Numbered from the stretch's first letter, positions 1-8,368 are shown. The stretch is DNA of 64,000 nucleotides from Candidatus Bathyarchaeia archaeon (GCA_049513715.1 JBEKVV010000003.1:64001-128000); one strand, 5' to 3'. A program made the numbers and translations. Notes: generated from the letters alone by a model not told the origin.

Positions 1-300
1 GTCGGTCTAATGCTTCTTGCTGCATGAGTTTTGCTATGAAGAATATGGCACTTAACTGCCGAGTCGCTGCGTTGAACAACGCAGACCCAACGAAAACTGA
101 AGCAGATGGCAGACGGAGACGCCTCCGAAAGTACGACCATCTGAGTTCGTTCAGTAATCTGTCAGTGAGGTAGAAACTACTCTTTCCAGTTTGCGGATTG
201 ATGCTGCTTGGCTCGTTGGTGAGGCTTGCTGTTCAATCCGATCTCCAATCATGCCATTACTTTGTCGCAGAACGGGCAGAACGTAGCACTGGTGGTTACG

Positions 301-333
301 GTGTGATGACAGAACGGGCAACCCACACACACC
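301..333 (-). repeat. Degenerate/half copy of the dyad site family
   Basis: Minus strand reads GGTGTGTGTGGGT-TGCC-CGTTCTG...CACAC; left arm intact, core degenerate. Confidence 0.35.
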
Positions 334-361
334 GGGTACGAATTCATTCGTGAACCTGAAC

Positions 362-793
362 CTAGGGTAGCTGATTCATCGTTTCGGGTTTGGTAGAAGT
401 CTCAATGATTTCTTCCCATGACTTCCTTGCTACCTCGACTTGTGTTTGGAAGTCAAAGTTCAGGCTATCGTGATATTGCCAGTGCAAATGTGCATAGAGC
501 CTTCTCACAATGTGCTTCTCGATCGTGATCTCCCCTCGACCGAATACTCCCCTCAGCAGCGTTGACAACTTCGCCGGATTCCTGGAAACATCGCTTCTCG
601 CCAGCAGGGAGTCCCTAGCCAAATTGTCAAAGAGAGCTTCGCGGACCTTTCTCCCGAGTAGCTCAGTCAGAGACTGTTCTATAGAGTCCAGAAGCAAATC
701 ATCAAATGAAGGCACACCTGTTTTCGGCTCTAATTTGGTCTTACGAGAAGGATTAGCGTCCAATCTCAATTCACTCCGACATGTGTCAAACAT
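362..793 (-). CDS. Hypothetical protein, DUF3227/NitrOD5-like small helical output domain
   Basis: Pattern 'LLDSIEQSLTELLG..VREALF..L....L..VFG.G..TIEKHIVRRLY' typical of this archaeal family; abuts upstream regulator. Confidence 0.6.
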   Translation of the reverse strand: MFDTCRSELRLDANPSRKTKLEPKTGVPSFDDLLLDSIEQSLTELLGRKVREALFDNLARDSLLARSDVSRNPAKLSTLLRGVFGRGEITIEKHIVRRLYAHLHWQYHDSLNFDFQTQVEVARKSWEEIIETSTKPETMNQLP

Positions 794-794
794 T

Positions 795-1913
795 CTACCT
801 CACCAATTTCTCCTTCAGACTCGATAACGGCTCATTGACCAGAAATTGTCGATCGGCCCTCCACTGGCCCGTTTTCTCAACATATGGAGTTTCATCGAAG
901 TAGTATCTGCAACTATTGTCATAATCAGTCCACATCATGTTCACCGCTTTGCTTCTCTCTAGAATCACGGTTCCGATCTCAGTGAACAGCGCAGTAGGCA
1001 ATCCGCAATAGAACAAAAAGCCATCCCCAGTTGGGAAGAGAGAAGCCTGAAAGGGTAATTTCCTGAGACCCGCTGCAATGGCACGAGTTGTCTCGAGGCT
1101 GCAGTTGGCCTCAAATAGAGCTCCGGGTGCGAATCTGAAGAGCTTCCTGCCCAAGAACACTTCGAAGCTTGGAACGATGCCGTTTTCCAAAATGAACCTC
1201 ATACGGCGACTAATATGATACTCAGGAACACGCAGCTCTTTGGATAGAAGCTTTTGTGGTCTGCGCGCGTCCTCGGTCAGAAGCCTGAGAAGTTTCAGAT
1301 CGCGCAGGTCTACCTCACTAAGAACTGAAGGCGCGAATTGGTGAAGCTCTCGTGAACGATCCGAATTCAGGCGTCGATCCCAATTCCTCGTCTTAAAACG
1401 CCAGTCATCAGATTGTGGGTCGTAGAAGCTGAAATCCGCATTCCTGTAAACGGGCTCAGCCGTGGTTCGCAGGATTCTGTAATTGTCAACAAGTCCAAGG
1501 CCTTTGAGCGCGTCAAAGAACTCGGTAAGCTGAAGCTCGGTACCAATCGGAATCCCGAATATCATGAACAATCCATTCGTGGAACCAAGACAGCGGACCC
1601 TGTGGCGAGTGTAAGGATGCAAATCACAGGCTTTCTCAACCATTCGTACTTTCGCGAAAGGAACGGACGCAAGAACGGGAGAAACTTGCAGACCCAGAGC
1701 TGAGAGATCTACGCGCGCACCGACTCTAAGAAGAATCGAAGCATCGGAAAGAGAAATCATTCGACGTTTGCAGGACTGCACTCCTACTCCGGTCAGCTCA
1801 TGTAAACGTAGATATGACGCAAGAGGATCAGCACAGAGAGCACTGAGGACGGACAGATCTAGGCTACTGAATTGGGCGGGCACAAGAACTGTCTTGCCCC
1901 GACCACGCCGCAA
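795..1913 (-). CDS. Lrp/AsnC-like transcriptional regulator with two wHTH modules
   Basis: Two Lrp-type N-terminal signatures (LDLSVLSALCADPLASY..L; DLKLLRLLTEDARRPQKLLSKEL...ISRRMRFILENGIV); start uncertain. Confidence 0.7.
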   Translation of the reverse strand: MRRGRGKTVLVPAQFSSLDLSVLSALCADPLASYLRLHELTGVGVQSCKRRMISLSDASILLRVGARVDLSALGLQVSPVLASVPFAKVRMVEKACDLHPYTRHRVRCLGSTNGLFMIFGIPIGTELQLTEFFDALKGLGLVDNYRILRTTAEPVYRNADFSFYDPQSDDWRFKTRNWDRRLNSDRSRELHQFAPSVLSEVDLRDLKLLRLLTEDARRPQKLLSKELRVPEYHISRRMRFILENGIVPSFEVFLGRKLFRFAPGALFEANCSLETTRAIAAGLRKLPFQASLFPTGDGFLFYCGLPTALFTEIGTVILERSKAVNMMWTDYDNSCRYYFDETPYVEKTGQWRADRQFLVNEPLSSLKEKLVR

Positions 1914-1929
1914 CTAACCGCGACCTTCC

Positions 1930-2103
1930 CTATACACGCACTCTCAATTCTTTAGTGACAGCGCGTTCGAGCACCACGAATGCCTTCTCGCCTAGAACAC
2001 TCTTGACAACCTTTCTCCACACTGCAAATTCAATGGCCATATCGTCGGAAACTACGACCGCCGAGTCACCACGACCGACCGAGCTCAATGGCAACACCCT
2101 CAT
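1930..2103 (-). CDS. Small hypothetical protein
   Basis: ORF co-oriented with and directly upstream of the regulator; no motif recognised. Confidence 0.35.
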   Translation of the reverse strand: MRVLPLSSVGRGDSAVVVSDDMAIEFAVWRKVVKSVLGEKAFVVLERAVTKELRVRV

Positions 2104-2204
2104 GCAATAATCATTCAATATCAGCTAATAAGATTGTGCTTAAATGTATTTTCATGCAAGTAACATTCGTACAGAAGCCAGAATTGGCGCTTTAGTTGCA
2201 TTTG

Positions 2205-2235
2205 TGCTTAGGGATTCCTATGGTTTACCTAAGCA
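2205..2235. promoter_or_regulatory. Inverted repeat, candidate operator in divergent promoter region
   Basis: TGCTTAGG-N15-CCTAAGCA between the divergent regulator operon and the secreted-protein gene. Confidence 0.35.
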
Positions 2236-2295
2236 ATTTTCCTTGATCGCACGAGGTTTTTATGGAAACTGCATAACTGGTCTTCCTGTGGGACC

Positions 2296-2724
2296 ATGAA
2301 ACGTCGGTTGTTTCGCTTTGAATGGCTGATTGTGCTTTTCGTGCTACTACTCAGCGCAACTCCACTCGTCCTGGCACAGCCAAAGGTTGACGTGAATTTC
2401 ACTGTAGCACGGCACGCGGGGACGGTCTATGTCACAGCTTGGGCTCAGGGTGAACTGCCTCCGGCGGTGCTTTTCAATGTCAGCATCTGGTATAATGCTC
2501 GAGGCACGCATGGTTTCGTCAGCATCTTTTCCGGTACACTTGTCCAGTCTGCAGATGGCTACGCATCGACACTTGTCCAAGCCACGATTCCTAATGGCGG
2601 CACTCAGAAGAACGGACACTACTTTGTCAGGGTTGAACTGTACGATCCCGCCACTGGTAGCCTGCTTGGGTTCGCAGGATACGATCCCAGAGCTGGCGGA
2701 AGTAACGGCGGTGTAGGATGTTAA
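2296..2724 (+). CDS. Secreted hypothetical protein (beta-sandwich-like)
   Basis: Signal peptide MKRRLFRFEWLIVLFVLLLSATPLVLA; beta-rich mature part; Gly-rich tail ending in Cys. Confidence 0.7.
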   Translation: MKRRLFRFEWLIVLFVLLLSATPLVLAQPKVDVNFTVARHAGTVYVTAWAQGELPPAVLFNVSIWYNARGTHGFVSIFSGTLVQSADGYASTLVQATIPNGGTQKNGHYFVRVELYDPATGSLLGFAGYDPRAGGSNGGVGC

Positions 2725-2756
2725 TTTGGGGTAACCCACGGTAAGGAAAGACGGCG

Positions 2757-3056
2757 TTGGACAGCGTAGGGCTGGTCGTGGAACTAGTCGGCATACTGTT
2801 CTCTATTGGGGTCGTTTGTGTCACATTGTGGTTTGCGAAGTTATTCCGCGGAGGCGCCTTTGAGATGCCCCTGCGTTGTGCCGCAATCGGATTCATAATC
2901 TTCACGTTGGCTCAACTCACGCAGTTTCTTTCGCAGCTGCAAGTTCTAGGTATTCCCGCGGTCGCGTACGACATATTCATGACTTGCTTCACCGGTGCCG
3001 TTTTCACGAGCGTCTTAATCGCAGCCTACAGTTGGAAGAACTTCGGAAAGCATTAG
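2757..3056 (+). CDS. Small 3-TM membrane protein (sensor-like)
   Basis: Three hydrophobic segments with FRGG loop; follows the secreted-protein gene. Confidence 0.65.
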   Translation: MDSVGLVVELVGILFSIGVVCVTLWFAKLFRGGAFEMPLRCAAIGFIIFTLAQLTQFLSQLQVLGIPAVAYDIFMTCFTGAVFTSVLIAAYSWKNFGKH

Positions 3057-3140
3057 AACCGCAAAATGCTGTCTTAGTGATTTGACAGCATTAATCCCAG
3101 GCGAGATTTCGATCAAACTACGTTCGAAATGACTCGTTTT

Positions 3141-3192
3141 GTGTGTGAGTCTAGTGGTGCGAGCATCGTGATTTGAACCGTCAGTTCAGGCG
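3141..3192 (+). repeat. Dyad site plus tRNA-T-loop-like linker
   Basis: GTGTGTGAGT-CTAG-TGGTGCG-N9-ATTTGAACCGTCAGTTCAGGCG. Confidence 0.85.
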
Positions 3193-3199
3193 TTATTTC

Positions 3200-3222
3200 G
3201 TGTGTGTGGGTATGCTGGTGCG
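3200..3222 (+). repeat. Dyad site, left arm and core intact (attL-like)
   Basis: GTGTGTGTGGGT-ATGC-TGGTGCG followed by unrelated sequence. Confidence 0.85.
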
Positions 3223-3238
3223 TTGCTAAATTGGCATA

Positions 3239-3454
3239 TCATGGTTTCTCCACTCTCCGTTCCACCCTGACGTTGAGGTGGCCCGGATTGTCGGCTGCGA
3301 GTGGCGGCAAGAGGTGCGACAACAGTTGCTCTGCGCTGAGCCGGTGGACTATACCGGTTGGACCGGTTTGTGTCCAGCCGTTGTTCTCTTTGAGGTAGCT
3401 CCATGTCCGGCCACGTTTGGTTGTGATGTAAATCACGCAGTCAGTGTTCTTCAT
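3239..3454 (-). CDS. 71-aa hypothetical protein (cassette cargo)
   Basis: ATG start, compact ORF filling the interval between two identical 14-bp cores. Confidence 0.6.
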   Translation of the reverse strand: MKNTDCVIYITTKRGRTWSYLKENNGWTQTGPTGIVHRLSAEQLLSHLLPPLAADNPGHLNVRVERRVEKP

Positions 3455-3519
3455 GGCTTCTCCACTACCTCGAATTCCTTGTACTCCATGTCTTCCATCT
3501 TGTAGTCTATTCGGTTACA

Positions 3520-3542
3520 GGTATGCTGGTGCGCACACACAC
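3520..3542 (+). repeat. Dyad site, core and right arm intact (attR-like)
   Basis: GGT-ATGC-TGGTGCG-CACACACAC preceded by unrelated sequence. Confidence 0.85.
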
Positions 3543-3649
3543 AATTACCGCATGAACTTCATTATGGTTGCTCTCATCGCTAGGCGCACGGGAAAAGGTG
3601 TTATTGATTGGTTCTTGAATTCATAGGTAGGACAGATGTGGTTCATCGG

Positions 3650-4039
3650 TTAGGACAAGCGCACCCTGACGAAGACATATTCGGATAGAGCCTTCAGTGG
3701 TTTTACTAGGTCTACCGGTCCTCCAGAAATGTGAACAATTGACTGGAGCGAATGGGAACTCGTCTTTTCGATTCGCACTTGGCGATCGTCTACATAAACA
3801 ACGCCAGACAGGGCGTCCATGATGCATTTTGCTACGTTGTCAACATCGACACGCCGTCGTTTTGTGTGGAAGTAGTCAACGAAGATGTGGACTTTCTGAT
3901 TCGATGCGGGGTGTGAGAAGGCACGTCGAGCTATTTTCCGGACGGTTCTCTTGTAGGCCTTTGCGAGTGGTGATCGGAAGGATATTGCACGACCCGGTAC
4001 GACGATACGATATTCCGGAATCGAATACGTGTATATCAC
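3650..4039 (-). CDS. rusA: RusA-family Holliday junction resolvase-like endonuclease
   Basis: RusA motif 'DVDNVAKCIMDALSGVVYVDDRQV'. Confidence 0.85.
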   Translation of the reverse strand: MIYTYSIPEYRIVVPGRAISFRSPLAKAYKRTVRKIARRAFSHPASNQKVHIFVDYFHTKRRRVDVDNVAKCIMDALSGVVYVDDRQVRIEKTSSHSLQSIVHISGGPVDLVKPLKALSEYVFVRVRLS

Positions 4040-4053
4040 GAAACAAGCACCTT

Positions 4054-4299
4054 CTAGTAGAGAATGATCTTATCAACTTCCTTTCGCGGGAAGATCCAGA
4101 CATCAGCTTCAGGCTCAATATGTCTGCGGCGAAACCGCTTCAGTGGGCCCAAATCAGCCTCATCAGTTACGGTATTCAGCAAAACTACCGAATGCTTATT
4201 CTCGAAATACAGGAAGCCCGCTCTCTTGATATTGCCAGTGATAACCTCACAAGATCGCAGAAATGGCTTCCTTAATTGCCTCAGCTTTTTCTTGACCAT
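4054..4299 (-). CDS. Hypothetical protein (81 aa)
   Basis: ATG ORF 14 nt upstream of rusA, same strand. Confidence 0.6.
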   Translation of the reverse strand: MVKKKLRQLRKPFLRSCEVITGNIKRAGFLYFENKHSVVLLNTVTDEADLGPLKRFRRRHIEPEADVWIFPRKEVDKIILY

Positions 4300-4348
4300 A
4301 TTGTTTCAACCTCGGTATGAGATAATAGCGCTTGTGTCAGTGTTTTCT

Positions 4349-4387
4349 GGGGGGGGTCTCGTGGTGCGGCCGGTCAAATTTGAACCG
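4349..4387 (+). repeat. Dyad site (G-tract arm), closest mimic of tRNA-Gly 3' end
   Basis: G8T-CTCG-TGGTGCGGCCGgtcaaATTTGAACC versus tRNA-Gly TGGTGCGGCCGccgggATTTGAACC. Confidence 0.85.
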
Positions 4388-4411
4388 TTAGGTTTGGACG
4401 TGTTTTTTTTT

Positions 4412-4452
4412 GGGGGGGTGGGTATGCTGGTGCGAGCACCCGAATTTGAACC
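4412..4452 (+). repeat. Dyad site (G-tract arm) plus T-loop motif
   Basis: G7TGGGT-ATGC-TGGTGCG-N9-ATTTGAACC. Confidence 0.85.
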
Positions 4453-4970
4453 AGTCAGTCCGCTGGTCCGTTGGAGTCGAGGGCATAGAACAAACGGACG
4501 CATGAGAAATGACGTGAACAGCTTCCTCAATGGACCATCCGAGATCGGGCATAGATGCATCCCTATGGTCCCTATCATGAACGACACCCATAACGGGTAA
4601 CGAAACAACTAGGTAACGAAAACAAACGACCCAGTACCTGGGGTAGATGACATTTGCAGGTACACAGACCAACCAGCATCAAATCGTTCTGGACTGAAAA
4701 CTAATTCACCAAGAGTGGAGACAGCCCCCTAGAATACCAAGAACCGAAGAGAAAACCTTTGTTTGCCTATCGAATCCGATCCGAGACGCCGCCAGTGGAA
4801 CGCAAAATCACAATCCACCCACCTCCCGTTCCTCGATTATTCGCACCCAACAAACCAGAAGAAAACAAACTAGAAAACCCAACATTGATTCAAAGGTTAA
4901 AATAGCGGGCTTTTCATTTCAACCGCCGAAGAATCCAAGCACAGCTTTGTAGTTCGGGAGGGTTTGTACA

Positions 4971-5177
4971 TTGAATGTTCGCGAGTTTCTCGATTCAACC
5001 AAACGCCTGATTCACGTTACAACGAAACCGTCACGCGACGAACTCAGCCTCATGGTTAAGATCAGCTTCTTGGGCGTTACGATTATTGGCGTGCTTGGAT
5101 ACATCATAAGAGTCCTATTCCTATTCCTCAACCTCTTGCCCCAGACACAGACTGGAACGACCGGAGCCACACCGTAA
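4971..5177 (+). CDS. secE: Protein translocase SecE/Sec61-gamma
   Basis: KPSRDE motif, single TM, conserved position before spt5. Confidence 0.95.
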   Translation: MNVREFLDSTKRLIHVTTKPSRDELSLMVKISFLGVTIIGVLGYIIRVLFLFLNLLPQTQTGTTGATP

Positions 5178-5680
5178 TGAGCACCGAGCGCAAGATGCTC
5201 ATCTATGCGGTTCGCACAACCAGCGGCCAAGAAAGAACCGTCGTGGACCTAATCGCCTCAAGGACTGCGCTGAAGAAGCTACCAATCGCAAGCGTACTCG
5301 CACCGGATGTCGTAAAAGGTTACATTTTCGTGGAATCCGCTGGCCCGCACTACGTGGACGACCTCATCGCGGGCGTTAGGCACGCAAGGGCCCGAACCAA
5401 AGGCGTCATTTCACCAGAAGCACTGGACAGGTTCATCGTCACAAAACCAGTCGTTGAAGACCTTCAAGTTGGCGATTCAGTCGAAGTCGTAAGCGGGCCG
5501 TTCAGGGGTTTGAAGGCACGAATCATCAATATCGACAAGTTGAAGGAAGAGGTGACTATCGAACTCTTGGAGGAAGGTTTCGCAACACTCCCCATCACGG
5601 TGCATGCTGATTACGTGAAGCTCACTAGCAGAGGCAGTCCAGGAAGTAGTGCAGAAGTTGGGCGACAAGAAGCAAGTTGA
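5177..5680 (+). CDS. spt5: Transcription elongation factor Spt5 (NusG)
   Basis: YAVRTTSGQE, KGYIFVE, KOW motif GDSVEVVSGPFRG. Confidence 0.97.
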   Translation: MSTERKMLIYAVRTTSGQERTVVDLIASRTALKKLPIASVLAPDVVKGYIFVESAGPHYVDDLIAGVRHARARTKGVISPEALDRFIVTKPVVEDLQVGDSVEVVSGPFRGLKARIINIDKLKEEVTIELLEEGFATLPITVHADYVKLTSRGSPGSSAEVGRQEAS

Positions 5681-6149
5681 AGCGTTACTGAACGGCGGCG
5701 AAGCTAACGCTGGCCCACCCCTAGGCCCAGCACTTGGTCCGCTTGGTGTGAATGTTCTTCAAATCGTCAACCGCATCAACGAATTAACCAAAGCATACGC
5801 GGGCATGAAAGTTCCAGTCCGCGTCGTCGTTGACACTGATACGAAAGAATTCGAAGTTGAGATTGGGACTCCCACAACATCCGCGCTCATAGTCAAAGAG
5901 CTGGGAATCCAGAAAGGCTCGGGGAGCCCGAAAGCCGAGAAGGTTGGCAATTTGACGATGGAGCAAGTCGTCAAAATAGCTAACATGAAAATGCCGAGCA
6001 GCTACGCGAAATCACCCAAGACCTCAGCGAAGGAAGTCATGGGTACCTGCGTCAGCCTAGGCATAACGATAGAGGGCAAGGACCCCCGCGAAGCCCAGAA
6101 GGAACTGGACCAAGGCAAATGGGACCAAGCGTTCCAGAAAACTGGTTGA
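5658..6149 (+). CDS. rpl11: 50S ribosomal protein L11 (uL11)
   Basis: GGEANAGPPLGPALGPLG; likely TTG start at 5658. Confidence 0.97.
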   Translation: MGDKKQVEALLNGGEANAGPPLGPALGPLGVNVLQIVNRINELTKAYAGMKVPVRVVVDTDTKEFEVEIGTPTTSALIVKELGIQKGSGSPKAEKVGNLTMEQVVKIANMKMPSSYAKSPKTSAKEVMGTCVSLGITIEGKDPREAQKELDQGKWDQAFQKTG

Positions 6150-6185
6150 CCAAAGAACCGGTACGGTGTGTCTCGGTTTCCCCAA

Positions 6186-6845
6186 CTAGACGCCTAATGC
6201 TCGGGTTACCTGCATCAATTCTGCGCCGCGAGTCAACGGGCCGACGACCGCGCCCTTCGAGTTAGCTAGGATCCCAGACTTCACAAAGGGCACACCGCCA
6301 TTCGTCGAACTGGCATCGACCTCAACATGCAGGGCTGATTCAATCACCGATCGTTCCTCTTGGATGGCATTGGGGCTGACCAGTGCGCCTTTGTTCGTGG
6401 CGATGGCGAGGGCTCCGACAAATGAGAGCGTTCCAATCTTTCCTGATGCGGGCTCCACGCCCAGGTCACTCAATACACTCTCCAGAATCTCCAAAGGCGC
6501 GTCTGGGTGGACGACGGCTCCGAGGTCGTTTGTGAGAACAACATTCCCTAGGGCTGTCCACTTTGAATTTACGACGACGACTTTAGTGAGTTTCTGGATT
6601 CTTTCGAGCTCGTAGTCATTTATGATGTGCGGGACCAGGACGGCGTTCGAATTGCCTGTAACCAAGGCGCCTACTAAGGTAGAGCCTCCGATGGTTGTTT
6701 TGCAGACCTCAACACCGAGGGTTTCGGCGAACTGGTTAATTCTGCGGTTCGGCAGTCCCGGTGGAACGATGGCTACGTTCTCGTTGCAGAAGCAATAGAC
6801 GCCAATGTTCGGGCTACCGAAGACGTCTGCGAGGATTACCGCCAA
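6186..6845 (-). CDS. eif6: Translation initiation factor aIF-6
   Basis: GSPNIGVY, GNSNAVL, GNVVLTND repeats. Confidence 0.96.
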   Translation of the reverse strand: MAVILADVFGSPNIGVYCFCNENVAIVPPGLPNRRINQFAETLGVEVCKTTIGGSTLVGALVTGNSNAVLVPHIINDYELERIQKLTKVVVVNSKWTALGNVVLTNDLGAVVHPDAPLEILESVLSDLGVEPASGKIGTLSFVGALAIATNKGALVSPNAIQEERSVIESALHVEVDASSTNGGVPFVKSGILANSKGAVVGPLTRGAELMQVTRALGV

Positions 6846-6875
6846 ACCAATTCACATTGCGACGAAGGCTAAGTC

Positions 6876-7340
6876 CTACGAGGCCTTCGTAGGGTAGACT
6901 ACGACCTTACCTTCCTTATCCTTGACCGCGCGCACAGTAATCTTTCGTGGGGGCTTGTTGATGCTTCGGGCCCAAATGGCCTCGTTAATCTCGTTGCTGA
7001 TGGAGACCTCTTCTGCTTTCATGTGACGGGACACGAAGTTCCTAACGTCCCTAACGGCGCGTGGTGCTCTCCTGCCGCGTGGCGTTACGACCCAGACGTG
7101 TCGGAGGGGGATTGTGTAGACTTTCTCTTCAACGACTTCAATTTCTTCCTCTCCTTCCCCTTCTTCAGCCTCAACTTCTTCTGCGGCTGGTGGGGTTTCT
7201 ACTGATTCTTCGGCTTCTTCCTCCGGCTCTGCCGTTCCTTCTTCTGCGGAGACTTCTTCGGTTGCTGGTAGCTCCGTCTCGTCGATCTCTTCTGCTGGTT
7301 CCTCTACGGTTTCTTCTTTTTTCGTTTCAGGTTCACTCAT
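6876..7340 (-). CDS. rpl31e: 50S ribosomal protein L31e with acidic N-terminal extension
   Basis: YTIPLR..RAPRAV..IWARSINKPPRKI; about 70-aa Glu-rich leader. Confidence 0.95.
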   Translation of the reverse strand: MSEPETKKEETVEEPAEEIDETELPATEEVSAEEGTAEPEEEAEESVETPPAAEEVEAEEGEGEEEIEVVEEKVYTIPLRHVWVVTPRGRRAPRAVRDVRNFVSRHMKAEEVSISNEINEAIWARSINKPPRKITVRAVKDKEGKVVVYPTKAS

Positions 7341-7353
7341 TGCTTCATGCCTT

Positions 7354-7509
7354 CTATGCTTTCATCGTGGTTCTGCGCCATGACCTCTTCTTTGGGTGAG
7401 TTCGAGTGTGTCCTTCGGTTTTGGCGATGACCCAAGTGGGTACAGCTTTCCTAGTCTTGGACGCCCTAGCGAGTCTGCGCTTTCTTGCGGTGGGTTTGTT
7501 CCTTGCCAC
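7354..7509 (-). CDS. rpl39e: 50S ribosomal protein L39e (missed by ORF track)
   Basis: Hand translation from GTG: MARNKPTARKRRLARASKTRKAVPTWVIAKTEGHTRTHPKKRSWRRTTMKA*; canonical position. Confidence 0.93.
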   Translation of the reverse strand: MARNKPTARKRRLARASKTRKAVPTWVIAKTEGHTRTHPKKRSWRRTTMKA

Positions 7510-7512
7510 TGG

Positions 7513-7860
7513 TCATGCTCTCCTGATTCGGATTTCTTTGCGTGACGATTGAAGTTTTGCTAGCGCATCCTTAAGCTGGTCGTCAGAAATGGGTAATTTC
7601 ACTCTTCCTGACTGGGCCAGCTGGATTAGTTGAAGTTCGACTTGGTCTGCGAATTCTGGTTTTACCATTCTTATGTTCGTCAATCTCTGCCTCGCCTCAG
7701 GGGTGAGTATCTGCTTGAGGGCAGCCTGTTTTTGAGCGTCATATTGCTTTCGAGTCTCCGCCTGCCTCTGTTCATCCATCGCGGCACGTTGAAGTTCCGA
7801 GTATCTCCTTTGCCTGATTGTGTTTAGTTCCTCGTCAGAGTACTCGTCCTCTTCACTCAT
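7513..7860 (-). CDS. PDCD5/TFAR19-like dsDNA-binding protein
   Basis: ILTPEARQRLTNIRMVKPEFA motif. Confidence 0.93.
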   Translation of the reverse strand: MSEEDEYSDEELNTIRQRRYSELQRAAMDEQRQAETRKQYDAQKQAALKQILTPEARQRLTNIRMVKPEFADQVELQLIQLAQSGRVKLPISDDQLKDALAKLQSSRKEIRIRRA

Positions 7861-7862
7861 CA

Positions 7863-8306
7863 CTACTGGCCTTCCGCCTTCTTGGCATTCTTGAGAATGT
7901 CGGCGGCCATACGATTGAGAAGGCTGATTCCTTCAGCTGTGAGTTTCCTGCCTTTCTTCGCCTCAACACCGATGAACCCCGCTTTCTGGAGTTGTTGGAG
8001 CGGCTCCCTGATGGCTGAGCCTCCAGCGGCCCGTGAGTGTTCAATGTGTGTGCCCTTGCGTAGGCGGCCTCCGTATTCGACTCTTAGGCGGGCTATTCCT
8101 ACTGGGCCGTGCAGGTACAGTTTCCGTAACAGAGAAGCGCAGCGCGTATACCACCAATCTGGGTTCGAAGGTGGGCGTTCCTTATGAGACCCTGTCTTCG
8201 CGGTCATTGCCCAAGTGGGGGGCGCCACTTCACCAACATTTTCCTTCAGGAATTTCGACAGACTGTCGATTAGCGTGTCTGAGGGAACTTCCAGTGGTGT
8301 TGGCAT
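7863..8306 (-). CDS. rps19e: 30S ribosomal protein S19e
   Basis: KTGSHKERPP..DWWYTRCASLLRKLY; likely start ATG 8306. Confidence 0.97.
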   Translation of the reverse strand: MPTPLEVPSDTLIDSLSKFLKENVGEVAPPTWAMTAKTGSHKERPPSNPDWWYTRCASLLRKLYLHGPVGIARLRVEYGGRLRKGTHIEHSRAAGGSAIREPLQQLQKAGFIGVEAKKGRKLTAEGISLLNRMAADILKNAKKAEGQ

Positions 8307-8368
8307 CGAATTTCCATCCGGTAGATGAGTCTTCAGGTTAGAATCGGAGAGGCCCATATAAGGTTAGT

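Noticed and set aside
303..359. Possible C/D-box sRNA (GTGATGA...CTGA)
   Set aside because: No recognisable D'/C' boxes; overlaps a degenerate dyad site
3141..4452. Repeats as a CRISPR array
   Set aside because: Copies are degenerate, irregularly spaced, in both orientations and separated by whole genes; no cas genes
4362..4452. tRNA-like pieces as split-tRNA 3' halves or tRNA genes
   Set aside because: Only the ACCA end and T-loop match; T-stem pairing is lost and there is no anticodon or leader complement
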